Source: Eledone cirrhosa
Taxonomy: Eukaryota
Assembly: GCA_964016885.1 (NCBI GenBank)
Contig: OZ024744.1
Coordinates: 83,266,001-83,330,000, forward strand
Direction of reading: 5' to 3'
Length of the DNA stretch: 64,000 nt
The first letter of the stretch is position 1, and each line of letters opens with the position of its first letter. The position numbers were made by a program, and so were the translations under genes. Positions 14,715 to 29,659 of the stretch are shown in pieces. A model generated the notes under the pieces. That model made no database searches. It had not been told where the DNA came from and saw nothing but the letters and a program-made list of their open reading frames with translations.

Positions 14715-15115
14715 ATAATGCCAACAATATCACCAACAATATCACCAACAGTGTTATCATGTATCTAGAGGTCAACATTAACAGTAATGATAATATCAAC
14801 AATAATAACAGCATGTACAATAACAACACAAGTGTAAAACAGCAGGAATATCTACAGTAAAAACAACAAACAGCTACAGCAACAGCAGCAATAATAGCAG
14901 CAACACCATCCGTATTAGCACCACGACATTGAAAGCAGGCAGCACGACAACAGCATTAACGCGTACAATAACAGTAACAATAACATCATCAGAAATGAGA
15001 GTAAGAACAACAATAACAAAAACAAACAGCTACCGCTACTAGCAATATTACAACGATAACAGCAACAACAGCCATAAAGAATAGTAATATGAACGAGAAC
15101 GACAAGAACATCATG
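14715..15115. repeat. Degenerate (AAC/AGC/AAT)n trinucleotide low-complexity tract
   Basis: Read directly; frequent stops and no splice support. Confidence 0.85.
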
Positions 15116-15169
15116 AAATCATAAAATGAAGGAAAGAAGAAGTGAGCCGAAAGCAAACCTGAAACACAC

Positions 15170-15389
15170 TCTCACTAGCAGTAAAACACGTTCACTTTCC
15201 AAACATATATAAAGATCACGACAGTTTCAAGTCGGTCTTGGTTGATTGTCAGTCGAACCGTTTCCAGTGGGCCCCGCCTACTAGATTTACAGCGTGTGCG
15301 GGGATCTTGAAACAGATCCACGCATCGATAGCAGGCACCAGCTTGTAATTCGATTAGATATTGCATACATAAGCGTCCCCAGTGTAAGT
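15170..15389 (+). promoter_or_regulatory. Candidate Phox2 promoter / non-coding first exon
   Basis: Unique CpG-richer island about 1.2 kb upstream of the ATG, with a TCAGTC Inr-like motif (~15249), a GC-box-like CCCCGCCT, a paired-homeodomain palindrome and a consensus donor GTAAGT at 15384-15389. Confidence 0.4.
15346..15356. promoter_or_regulatory. P3 paired-class homeodomain dimer site TAAT-TCG-ATTA
   Basis: Exact TAATNNNATTA, the site class bound by Phox2 proteins; near-copy AAATTCGATTA at 16892-16902. Confidence 0.45.
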
Positions 15390-15927
15390 ACACTACACAC
15401 AGTTCGAAAATTTGATGAGCATATTTGGAATCATATGAAAATTTTCTATCAGTGGTGGGCGAATTTTTGGGAAAAGCAGTAAATTTTTTTTCTCTTTGTG
15501 TAAATCTTTCGTTCATGGGCCTTCGAAAAAAAAATAATAAAAACAAAATACTCACAAAAACCAAACAAGCAGGAAATAAGTAAAGGAAAAACAAACACAA
15601 CACACATATAGATTCACGTACATATACATACATATATATATATATCTATACATCCAACTATATATTTATATCTACACGCATATATAGATACACACACAAG
15701 ACCTATTTGGATTGAATCATACAGCAAGTCTGGAGTGTCTGCTACAAGGTATTATTAAGGGAAGAAACGAAAGTAAAGGATAAGTTTTAAAAAAAAAAAC
15801 ACAATCAACTACATACCCTGAAAAACACTTTTATCAAATAGTTTTGTACAGTGTATAAATAATTTGCGTTTGATGTAATATATATATATATATATTGACA
15901 TATAAATATGTATATGTAAATAATTAT

Positions 15928-15991
<64 letters not shown>

Positions 15992-16191
15992 ATATATTAT
16001 ATCATATACATAAACAGAAACACACCTATATACATACAAAACAGATTTTCATAAGGGTGCATACATATAATATATAAACATATACATTCATATATATATA
16101 CATACGTATATATATATATATAAATACGTGCATATATACATAAGTGTATATATACATACGTGTATATATACATACGTATATATATACATAC

Positions 16192-16228
<37 letters not shown>

Positions 16229-16229
16229 C

Positions 16230-16299
<70 letters not shown>

Positions 16300-16508
16300 G
16301 TATACGTATATAATACATACACACATATCTATATATCCATTAAGTAGCGAGAGAGAAAGTGAGAGTAAGCGAGTGAGTGAGTGAGAGAGAGAAAGTGTGA
16401 GGGAGAGAGCGAGATACACATTTGCAAATTAATCACAAGTCAGCCTCCCCTACAGAAATTACACATCTTTGACTTCACTGGCTCAGTACGCATTCTTCTT
16501 TAGCCGGC

Positions 16509-16758
16509 ATGGAATACCCATACTTAAACCAAACTACATTTGATGCAGCAAATTGTTCTCTGTCTGGGATGGACAGCAGTCTTCCAAATTGTAACATTCC
16601 TTGCTCCTATGGAGACACAAGTCCTTTCGGACAGATGTCCCAGGGTTATCGCTATAATGGGGTGAGATCCTTTCCCAGTAATCCGACTATCACCACAGGA
16701 AGTTGTAGTATGATGCCGCGGACTAGAGACCATCCACAACCACCGGTATTTCCTTCTG
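16509..16758 (+). CDS. Phox2: Paired-like homeobox Phox2, first coding exon (83 codons + 1 nt)
   Basis: MEYPYLNQ..GMDSS..GYRYNGVR..TTGSCS..RDH aligns by eye with the vertebrate PHOX2B N-terminus MEYSYLNS..GMDTSS..GFQYNPIR..TPGSCS..RDH. It ends at a consensus donor G|GTAAGT in phase 1, as does PHOX2B exon 1. Confidence 0.9.
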
Positions 16759-17325
16759 GTAAGTAACGCGAATTTTCTGGTCTAAATTGGAAAACCGAAT
16801 TGCCTCGAAAATAAGATTTGGGCGGACAAAACCATTTTAGCTTTCCCTAACGCAGTTAGTGGCGTCTATAGCACACAAATTACTCCCCCACAAATTCGAT
16901 TACTGCATGTAGAAAGACTCATTTTACATAATTTTCACCCAAGCTGAAAATTTCTATTTATTTATAACCTAAATTGACGCAGTAACTGAAATTGAATCAA
17001 CTCTTCACTTATTTTATTTGTGTGTAAATGATTTTCGGCTGTTATCGAGGCTGGACAGAAAATACTGGCCTGTGTGAATGAGTTATGCATATTTGTTACA
17101 CGAACATTGCAACAGCGGATTACAATTTCAAGCCAGGAAACTGATAATATTCTCTCTTCCATCAACGATAACACATTACTGAAATAACCAACACTTGTAA
17201 GATTTTGTATTTTGTATAGATTTTCTTGTTTTTTCCCCCTTTCTTATGATTAATATACTAACACATCTATGTAAGTGCTTACATATATGTAGGTATATTT
17301 ATGTATGTATATATATATATATGTA

Positions 17326-17379
<54 letters not shown>

Positions 17380-17392
17380 CCTAATATATATA

Positions 17393-17457
<65 letters not shown>

Positions 17458-17970
17458 CGTATACATATATAGAGAGAAGAGCTGAAAACAAATTTATTAC
17501 ATAGCCAAAAATCTACACATACATAAACAAACACATTACACTTAAACCATACTCATACATTTATATACATATTTTGACAAATTCACGCATTATATATTTA
17601 CACATCCACACACCTATATATATATATAATACAGCCTTGTCTCTCTCTTTCTTTCCCTCCTGTCTCTCTCTCTCTCTATACACACACACACACACGCGCG
17701 CATATATATATATATATATAATATGTGTCTATATATTATTTACATATATATTGTAGCTTCAATGGTGGTGCTCCAGCAAGGCCTCATTGTATCGGCTTGA
17801 ACGCATAATAGAATAATAGAATATGTGTTTGTATGTGTGTGTCCGCATACACTGGTACTCGTATTTCGTTGATGGAGGATGACCAGGTGGCATTGACGGA
17901 ATTAGCGAACAATCTAGTGTGTGTGATGTGTTTACACATACACACACACATACACATATCTCTATATGTG

Positions 17971-18021
<51 letters not shown>

Positions 18022-18034
18022 GTATGCATGTATG

Positions 18035-18065
<31 letters not shown>

Positions 18066-18347
18066 TTGTATTTATGTATGTATATATATATGTGTGTGTG
18101 TATGTGTGTGTGTGTGTGTGTGTGTGTCCTTTTATGTGTGTTTATTCGTGTGTGTATGTGTATGTGTATGTATATTTATATAGTAGCGAAAGAGGCAGAT
18201 TGAAAGATGTGGAAACTGATCGTTCGTATCATGTTGACATTAATATATGTTAATACTTATACACAAACTCATAGATTCAGGTTTAGCACATAAATGTTGT
18301 GTCATATAAATAAATATCTTTATGTTTATATATTAAAAACTAACCAC

Positions 18348-18415
<68 letters not shown>

Positions 18416-18425
18416 CCTCTCTCTC

Positions 18426-18468
<43 letters not shown>

Positions 18469-19880
18469 CGTATGCACATGAGCTCATGTAACTCATACAC
18501 ATACGCCGCGCACACTATGTTTGGATGCAGTAATCGTATTAACAACAATAACCCACAACAACATTAATAATAATAATATAAATAGAAAAATTCTTTAACA
18601 GTTATGAATTCTTTAGTTGTCTTGGTCATAAGTTATAGTTATAATATTCTCAGTTCAACTAAACGGACGAGAAATATATGCAGAAAAATAATAGTACCGA
18701 AAATTTGACATTCAAAGAATCTTTTTACTCTAAATATATGGAAGTAGTGCCTTTATGCAACTAATAAACACTTATAAAATATTCACCGTGGGAGTCCAAT
18801 GTTTTTATATCTCGTAAATAGCAATGTAAGATTATTGCAAGTAGATATAAATCACTACAAAACAATATAAAAACCTGTCACTGTCTAAAAAATATAAATA
18901 GGCTAAAATAATGGTCAGTTGCGAGGAGAATAGTCAAGCACAACAAGTGCCCATCCCCATAAAACAAATAATATGTAATAAACCCTAATACAACATTAAC
19001 TTATTTGCAGATTATTTGGAGATTGTTTGGAGATTGCGAATTTACAATTACCCACATTGTCCTGAGATGTCTAATTATAGACACTATGATAGATTTGAGG
19101 CTTTCATGCTTTATATGTTATGCCAATGCAGACAGAAAGCGGGATCAAGTCAAATGACACGGATATTCTTGTCAAGGACAAATAAGAAAGAAAGTACCTT
19201 CTAATAGAAGTATTATTACAAACTGAAATTCTTCCATATGTAACAAGATGGAAATAGAGATAACCAGAGTGTAGGTATTGCAACAAAAGACAAATCTCTA
19301 TATAATGGGTTTCGGTGGCAATCAAGAAAAAATATATTGAGAAACACAAACTCGCCTGACATACACTATAGGGGCGCAATAGGGAAAATAGGACGATTAA
19401 GAAATGAACGCGTACTGCGCAGTATACTTACAAAGTAATTATTAATGGAAAAGCAAAACAAAACCCTGCATACAACCAACATATACAAAGCTGCGTTCAT
19501 TAGATCAATGAACATGAGATACTAATAAATAATAATAGTAGTTTGCGTAATATTAATATTTAGAAGTATGTACAGTCGAGTCAATGTGTACACACACACA
19601 AACACTCACATACACACATACACACACACATAATATATATATATATATATTGTTATGATTTGAGAGGGTCATGTTGCCAATAAGAAACACACGCACATGA
19701 TCCTCCCAAAGCATAACAATATCGGTTTCAACACACATTTTCAGATAAAGAATCTTGCTAAACAAATTCAGAAACGAAATATATATATATATCCAAAATT
19801 AAAATTAAGGGTTGTCATGTCTGAGAGACATGCGCCATATCCACCGTAGAATAAGCTCAAAGATTAGATCCGAGCATTAC

Positions 19881-19900
19881 ATATCAACTAGAAAAAGATT

Positions 19901-19995
<95 letters not shown>

Positions 19996-20260
19996 AATAC
20001 ATGAAACAATCACAGGGAATAATTTGTAAAGAATGTAGGCACACATAGCTAGGTAGGTAACTAATTAAAGTTTGACTAGAACTTCAAATATAGATACCTT
20101 TTAAAATGATTAATCATTTTAAAAGGTATCTATATTTGAAGTTCTAGTCAAACTTTAATTAGTTACCTACCTAGCTATGTGTGCCTACATTCTTTACAAA
20201 TTATTCCCTGTGATTGTTTCATGTATTTATTTTATATATATATGTCAATCTTTTTCTATT

Positions 20261-20266
<6 letters not shown>
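19881..20266. repeat. Spacerless palindrome (foldback) centred at 20111/20112
   Basis: 19989-20111 is the reverse complement of 20112-20234; symmetry continues beyond an internal TA tract of unequal length. Confidence 0.9.
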
Positions 20267-20342
<76 letters not shown>

Positions 20343-20607
20343 GTAAATATATATAGATATAGATAGGTAAATATACACGGGTGTGTATGATTGTGTATAG
20401 AAGATTATATTAATAAGAGGAATTCCAACTTTGTCTGATTTACTCGTTTTATTTACAATCCTTTAAAATATATATAATGGTATTATAATGAAATAGTATG
20501 ATAGAATATTAAATTCTAAGTGTTAATTGAACAAGTACTTTCATGCTTTCGCAATCTTCAGGTTCATGATATGTGGTGACAGTCGAGTTTGCAATTTTCA
20601 ACTGTAA

Positions 20608-20638
<31 letters not shown>

Positions 20639-20682
20639 CATATATATTTATATATATATATATGTATATATATATACATATA

Positions 20683-20798
<116 letters not shown>

Positions 20799-20892
20799 TA
20801 TATCTTTATATATATACATATATATTTATATATATATATATATATATATCTTTATATATATATATATATATAATTTTATATATATATACAAG

Positions 20893-20947
<55 letters not shown>

Positions 20948-20986
20948 ATACATGCATGTATACATATATACATGAATATATATACA

Positions 20987-21130
<144 letters not shown>

Positions 21131-21453
21131 CATATGTATATCTACGTATATATATACATACTGGTAACTCTCGGGAGAGCTGGTCAGCAGGAGGTCTGCA
21201 GCGAAGAAACACGGTCAAGCAGGCGTTTCGGCATTCAACTTCTATATATAACTTATATATATACTTAGAAAAATTATATATATTTAAGTATATATATAAA
21301 TAACCTTTTTATATATATATATATATTTACATACATATATATATATATACATATACATATTATATTCATATACTATAATTATATATATAATATATACTTG
21401 TGTAGATATATAATATATATATACACACATGTGTGGATATATAATATATATAT

Positions 21454-21536
<83 letters not shown>

Positions 21537-21586
21537 CATTCATACATATATATTATATATATGACTATAATATATATATGTATGAA

Positions 21587-21655
<69 letters not shown>

Positions 21656-21836
21656 ATATATATATTATATATCCATATATATATATATATATATGCATGT
21701 ATTTATGTGTGAGTATGTGTATATAATTATATATATCTACACAAGTATATATTATATATATAATTATAGTATATGAATATAATATGTATATGTATATATA
21801 TATCTATGTAAATATATTTATATATATATATATATA

Positions 21837-21993
21837 TAGGAACAAGTAAGACCCCGACGGCTGAGCTCAAGCCGTTTCGACGGCTAATTCTGCCGTCGGG
21901 GTCTTACTTGTTCCTATTACCCACTCTACTACCCTAAGTATTGAGTACTTTGGTGCGTTATGGTCCACCTGGTTCCTTACCACATTTCCTTCG

Positions 21994-21995
<2 letters not shown>
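21837..21995 (+). mobile_element. Family A foldback mini-element with a central deletion
   Basis: TAGGAACAAGTAAGACCCCGACGGC...GCCGTCGGGGTCTTACTTGTTCCTA plus tail. Confidence 0.85.
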
Positions 21996-22045
<50 letters not shown>

Positions 22046-22054
22046 ATATATATA

Positions 22055-22129
<75 letters not shown>

Positions 22130-22140
22130 ATATATATATG

Positions 22141-22179
<39 letters not shown>

Positions 22180-22365
22180 GTATGTATGTATATATGTATA
22201 TGTCTTACTGTGTTTCTGTATGTGCATAGAAAAGTAGTTGTTATAACATGTCGTACATAAAATATCAACATATTTCATGTAAAACTACTTAGGCATCGAA
22301 GAACATATTTCATAAAAATATGCGAATGTTATTTGAATCGTAAGTTTCAAATAATATATTTACAT

Positions 22366-22425
<60 letters not shown>

Positions 22426-22432
22426 GGTGTAA

Positions 22433-22463
<31 letters not shown>

Positions 22464-22926
22464 AATTTATATATATATATTCGATATGCTAAGACCCTCT
22501 TCCTGCTATTTCAAGCCTTAACCTAGTATATTCCTTCCATATACTGTACCGATTATGTTGTTCTTTCTTCATTATCGTTTATACATATATATATGTATGC
22601 ATGAATACTTATTGTTTTGGTCATTTTTCATGACCGAGACGAAACTACTCAAAACACCCTGCTGTTGTAAGTCACATAGGTTTCTGTTGTAAGCCACATA
22701 GTAAGTAGATAAACGAAATAGCCGTGCTCCACTCACATATGGGCGCACGTTCACACAAACATTTATATATATATATATAGCGACATACACACTCTCACAT
22801 GCTTAAAATTATGAATATATGTGTGTTTGTTTGTGTGTACGCACTTGTATAAATGTATATATGCATATATATATATATCCGTATGTGTTTGAGTATATAT
22901 ATATATATTTATATGTATATATATAC

Positions 22927-22974
<48 letters not shown>

Positions 22975-23087
22975 GTTAACGAGATATCGTTTATTTTGCT
23001 AAAATCGAGTGACACAAAGTCATATATATATGTGTATATATATATATGTATATATTTATATTTATATATATATATATATATATATGC

Positions 23088-23218
23088 AAAAAAAAAAAGA
23101 ATAACTTCACTTGTTAAACAATTTGATTAAACAATTTGATTTAATTTTATAAATTATATAATATAAAATCAAATCAAATTGTTTAGAACTACAAGTGAAG
23201 TTATTCTTTTCTTTTTAT
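23088..23218. repeat. Foldback repeat in (TA)n, related to 57108-57165
   Basis: Arms AAAAGAATAACTTCACTTGT..AAACAATTTGATTT and AAATCAAATTGTTT..ACAAGTGAAGTTATTCTTTT. Confidence 0.75.
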
Positions 23219-23351
23219 GTATATATATATATATATATACAAGTTAATATAAACTAATATTTATGATAAACACTAATACAATCATATAAGTGTTTGTATT
23301 GCAAATGACCAAGTTAGCTAGATTATTGTATTTCACGGCGGCTCAGAAATA

Positions 23352-23761
<410 letters not shown>

Positions 23762-24079
23762 GAACTTCGTCCGGTGGTGCTATTAAGATACACATAGCCT
23801 CAGCCAATACTGGCCGAAAAGTATCAAAGTTATCAAAGTTTTATATATATAAATATATATAAACACAATAGAAACAACGAAAACAAATAATGGCAACATT
23901 TAGTTCTACATAAATCCATTATTCATGTTTGTTTCAAACGATTGCACAACAGCCATCAGTTAATGTATGTATAAATGTTTAGTTTATTTTGCCCTTTGAA
24001 ACAACCGTTATACAACGGGGTAACTAAGAACTACAGCTAGGCTTATTTATTTGGCATGTTTATTTGGAATGTTCCACCT

Positions 24080-24134
<55 letters not shown>

Positions 24135-24165
24135 ATGTGTGTGTGCATATATATATATATATATA

Positions 24166-24362
24166 TAGGAACAAGTATGACCCCGACGGTAGAACTCAAG
24201 CCGTTTAAACGGCTATTTCTGTCTGGACAGAAATAGCCGTCGAAACGGCTTGAGCTCTGTCATCGGGGTCATACTTGTTCCTATTACCCACTCTACTACA
24301 CTAAGTATTGAGTACTTTGGTGCGTTACGGTCCATCTGGTTCCTTACCACAATTCCTTCGTT
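24166..24362 (+). mobile_element. Family A foldback mini-element
   Basis: Same architecture; centre TTTCTGTCTGGACAGAAA. Confidence 0.85.
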
Positions 24363-24376
24363 TTATATATATTTAT

Positions 24377-24661
24377 CTTTGATAACTTTGATAACTTTGA
24401 TAATTTCGGCCAGTATTGGCCGAGGCCGTGTCTAACTAATAGCACCACTTGCCGAAGTCTTTCAAATCAGGATTTGGATACTATGGCCCACTCAAGTAGA
24501 GAGTTATTGTTAACGGAGACATATCCGGTTGTAGGAGGTAAATTCGGGATTTCTTGAATGAATTTGTCCAAAGCCTTTTTGAACTTTTGAGGGTCTGTTT
24601 CTGTTTTAATGTGTTTAAATTTTAAAGAGAGCGGGGCCAATTGAGGTGAAATAATTGTGTC

Positions 24662-24662
<1 letters not shown>
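24377..24662 (-). mobile_element. 5'-truncated CR1/L2-group LINE 3' end (ORF2 C-terminus + 3'UTR)
   Basis: [13 protein letters not shown] / frameshift / KHIKTETDPQKFKKALDKFIQEIPNLPPTTGYVSVNNNSLLEW, then stem-loop CGGCCAATACTGGCCG and a (TTATCAAAG)3 terminal repeat; shorter 3' tails at about 23765-23840 and 43705-43752. Confidence 0.75.
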
Positions 24663-24713
<51 letters not shown>

Positions 24714-24791
24714 GTAATCATCAGTCATATACATAAGTATATAAATATGTATATGAATATACATATAATTTATATATTTTATACACACACG

Positions 24792-24826
<35 letters not shown>

Positions 24827-24855
24827 GTATGTATATATTATATATATATACATTC

Positions 24856-24925
<70 letters not shown>

Positions 24926-24959
24926 GTATATATTCCTATACACATATATATATAAACAT

Positions 24960-25011
24960 GTAAGTATGTATTATACGGACATACATATATGTAAACAGAC
25001 GTACAGTAGCA

Positions 25012-25103
<92 letters not shown>

Positions 25104-25362
25104 TATACATACAGGTACAAAGTATATACTTTCAAACGTTCAACTATCTGGCAGAAGGGTATACGGTGCTGATGATAGCTAACAAGCTTGAAACTAGTAC
25201 ATCGTTCCTGTGTCAGTGTTGAACAAAAAGGTGACGTGGTTGCCTTAACACCGTACGGCATAAATCAGGCTGTCCGCTTGTTTACAAACGGACAAAGCGG
25301 GCATTATAATAAACGTTCGCTAAACTGATACGTACATATGTATATGTGTACCTGTATGTATA

Positions 25363-25410
<48 letters not shown>

Positions 25411-25500
25411 TGCTACTGTACGTCTGTATACATATATGTAAGTGCCGTACATTTAAGTAAGTACCGTACTAAGAGTGAGAAATGAAATTTCGTTTCATTA
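24960..25500 (+). mobile_element. Family H mini-element with inverted 5' copy of its tail
   Basis: CAGACGTACAGTAGCATGCA (~24976) inverted at ~25407; homologous to 41380-41686 and 46110-46600. Confidence 0.75.
25164..25204 (+). ncRNA. Type I hammerhead ribozyme motif (family H)
   Basis: CGGTG-CTGATGA-TAGCT.AACA.AGCTT-GAAA-CTAG-TA-CATCG; palindromic stem III ACUAGU; GUA triplet. Confidence 0.85.
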
Positions 25501-26687
25501 TATTACAACTTATATAAACATGTATATATTCATATACACACATATATAAACATGTATATATGTATTTATATATACATATATATATATACACACATATATA
25601 TATATACACACATTTATATGCTAATGTATGTGACTACATCGTTACGTATATATAGTTCCATCTAGCTGTCGAAACGGCCGGAGCTCAGACTTCGGGTTCA
25701 TATATATAAGGAAAAAAGAAGAAATCGAAAATGCAACTGTAGACTTTTTTTTTTTAAATATATTTATTTGGTTCCTTTACCGGTTTCTCAGTTCTTGTGC
25801 TTTTCAAAAGTAGAATTGAGATGGAGGGTTTGTGGTTTTTCTCTGGTATCTTCTTCTGATAAATGAGTTTATATTTTGAATTTTATTATTTGATGTTCTA
25901 TAATGTTGCTTTACATTATCTTTTATGTACAAACTTTAACGTGTTATGATATGAACTTAATGCAACTTTTCAGGAATATTAAGTATAGTAACTTTAAATA
26001 CCAGAATACTTGAATATATTGCATTATTTTTTTTTTTACTACTTGAACTATTTCCTAGAACCGTTATATAAATTAGAATTTCAGTTGCGGATATTTTCTG
26101 CCAAGCACAACATTTTATATTACAGCATGATAATGTTTTACAATGGTTTACAAAACATGTGTTGATTTCTATTCATATACTCATTTTTACTTTTCAAATG
26201 CTGTTCACAATGTTTATGTCTATTCGTTTGTCTAATTGATTTAGTTCCTGGATGTATTGATTTAAGATTTTGGTTTTCGGCCGCGTTATCTGATTACTTA
26301 GATTCATTTTAATATCTTCCTTCTTGTTTATAATATTAACTATAAACTAATATATAAATCCAGTACACAGGTGTTTTTTCTTAGGGGGATGTGAATAATT
26401 GAAAGTGTATGTTAATCAGATTAATATAAAACTAAATATATACATAAATAAATACATACATACGTACATATGTTTATGTATATATATATAGTAACAGTAA
26501 AACTAAATAGACAAAGCACAAAAGCTGAAAGCTCGGAGATAGAAGAGCGCAAATATATATCTATATATCATGTGTGATATTTATTATAAGAATTTTTACC
26601 TAACTTTATTCGAATGAATGGATGTACAACTCTCCTGACAGGAATTAAAAATGATTTAAAAGTTAATTTTTCCAGCTACGTATTTGA

Positions 26688-26830
<143 letters not shown>

Positions 26831-26852
26831 TAGTATATATATATATACATAA

Positions 26853-26921
<69 letters not shown>

Positions 26922-27086
26922 TATGTTCGGAAAAGCTTGTTTTGGTAAAAACAGGACTAAGCAGGAGAAAGCTTTTTTTTTACTTACGATGGAGAATTTT
27001 ATAAATATAACAAAATAAGTTGCTGAGGTTACATATATCGTTTGTGTAACGATATATGCAACCTTAGCATCTTACTTTGTTGTTTA

Positions 27087-27150
<64 letters not shown>

Positions 27151-27155
<5 letters not shown>

Positions 27156-27371
27156 TAAAATAACAGATTAAAGTTTAAGCAAAGAATCGCTCCTTGCACC
27201 CTTAACGGGATCTTCAGAAGATCCCGTTAAGGGTGAAAGCAGCGATTCTGTGCATAAACTTTAATCTGCTATTTTAATAAATATTTGCTCTACGGTTCTT
27301 ATATATTTGATATATATTTATCCTTATCGAACCCTCTTTGGATTTTAGTCTTCAAATTTATTATTATTACT
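27151..27371 (+). mobile_element. Family B foldback mini-element, centred on the HHR core
   Basis: Centre GGGATCTTCAGAAGATCCC; tail shared with 47454-47673, 48484-48580, 9095-9206 and 57925-57996. Confidence 0.85.
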
Positions 27372-27376
27372 ATATA

Positions 27377-27484
<108 letters not shown>

Positions 27485-27510
27485 TGTGTGTGTGTGTGCA
27501 TATATATATA

Positions 27511-27619
27511 TAGGAACAAGTATGACCCCGACGGCAGAGCTCAAGCCATTTAAACGGCTATTTCTTGACTCAGAAATAGCCGTCGAAACGGCCTGTGCTC
27601 TGCCGTCGGGGTCATACTT

Positions 27620-27624
<5 letters not shown>
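27511..27624. mobile_element. Family A foldback, both arms short
   Basis: Centre TTTCTTGACTCAGAAA; both ends in (TA)n. Confidence 0.85.
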
Positions 27625-27664
<40 letters not shown>

Positions 27665-27702
27665 TACATAAATATGTCCATGTTCAGAATGAGCCCTCAC
27701 TT

Positions 27703-28701
27703 TGCTTATACATTTCCCTTTTAATTTGTAACCTAATTTACATTACACGAGTGCAATTTTTTTAATTAATCTTACTTATATGAATAATCTCTAAGCCGTA
27801 ATATACATTGGTAAAATATTGTCGGCATCTATGGGGGAAATGCTTAAGGGAGAAAATGTGGTTGCATATTTTGTCCCTTTACTGTTCTAGAATTACAAAA
27901 CACAAATTTTAAAATTCTTCTTCATATTAGCCTATGTAATAACCCCCAAATATCAAATGAGAGTGCAGGTCTACCCGTATAGTTCCGAAATCTGATTTGC
28001 AATCACGGCGTTCGGTGTTCGATCTCATTATACGTCAACATGAGACAGTCTTATATTTCCATACCCTCAACGCGACTCAATGTTTGTTACAGATATAAGT
28101 AAAACGGTGGGATGTTCCTAAGGCCATCTTGTGACCTGAATCTGCTCATGGGTTTTAGATTTAATTTGACTCACTATAACCTGAATGATACTTGTATAAC
28201 TTTTCCAGAGTTTACCGTGATGCAAACGTTCGAACCAAGGACTCGGCCTAAAAATATAACTTGATATGTTGTTTCGGCATCAACCCATTACACACACGTG
28301 ATTGCACGCACGCATATATATATATATATATACATATTGAAGGTATGGAAATATAAGACTTCTCATGTTGACGTATAATGAGATCGAACACCGAAAGCCG
28401 TGATTGCAAATCAGATTTCGGAACTATACGGGTAGACCTGCACTCTCATTTGATATTTGGGGGTTATTACATAGGCTAATATGAAGAAGAATTTTAAAAT
28501 TTGAGTTTTGCAATTCTAGAACAGTAAAGGGACAAAATATGCAACCACATTTTCTCCCTTAAGCATTTCCCCCATAGATGCCGACAATATTTTACCAATG
28601 TATATTACGGCTTAGAGATTATTCATATAAGGAAGACTAATAAAAAAAATTACGCTCGTAATGAAAATTAGGTTACAAATTAAGAGGGAAATGTATAAGC
28701 A
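27703..28701. repeat. Long inverted repeat, ~366-bp arms with ~266-bp spacer
   Basis: 27703-28070 is a close reverse complement of 28337-28701; the right arm is bounded by (TA)n on both sides. Confidence 0.9.
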
Positions 28702-29331
28702 TATATATATATATATATATGTATGTATGTGTGCATATATATATATATATATATAAATATATATATATACACATATATATATATGTATATATATATATAT
28801 GTGTGTGTGTGTATATATACCAGAGCTGTAACACGCAGTGGGCAGGGTGAAATTAAATCCTAGCCGGCTTCTTAAGATTCAACTAAACAGGTTTTATCAT
28901 TAGAAAGTCTCTAGATGGGAGGCGACGACCTACCTCACGTAAACATTAATGGAACCTCAGAAATATTTCCGTAGTTTTGGAGAATTTATTTTGGCAAATT
29001 ATTCAGACACTAAACTTCTCGTGTACCCTTTCATATAATTTTAGCGGTCTCATTTTTTCACAATAAGTCTGAAATCGGTTGCTCATGTATTGGCAGAGTT
29101 AAACTATACGGACTGTGGAAACCAGGGGCTATCCCGACGACCGGAGCCACATTGTACCAATGTACCAATGTACCAATGTACAATTCCCACGTGTTTCCGA
29201 CAAATGTTGTACTCTAACTACAGAATACAAACACAGACCACAAACTGAATGTATGTATGTATGTATGTATGTATGTATGTATGTATGTATGTATGTATGT
29301 ATATGTGTGTCTGTATGTGTATATATGTGTG

Positions 29332-29399
<68 letters not shown>

Positions 29400-29536
29400 A
29401 ATAAATACATATATACATAAATATATATATACATATAAATACAAACGAATGTAAATATATATATATATATAAATGTTTGTATATATAGATGTGTATATAG
29501 ATATATAGATGTGTATATTGATATATAGATGTGTAT

Positions 29537-29659
<123 letters not shown>

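Noticed and set aside
14715-15115. Poly-Asn/Gln/Ser coding exon
   Set aside because: Degenerate trinucleotide repeat with frequent stops.
15175-15633. 152-aa minus-strand ORF and 62-aa plus-strand ORF
   Set aside because: No recognisable protein; better explained as the Phox2 upstream regulatory island.
24395-24460. GGCC..GGCC-GAAA hairpin as a hammerhead
   Set aside because: No CUGANGA core; it is the 3'UTR stem-loop of the CR1/L2-type LINE.
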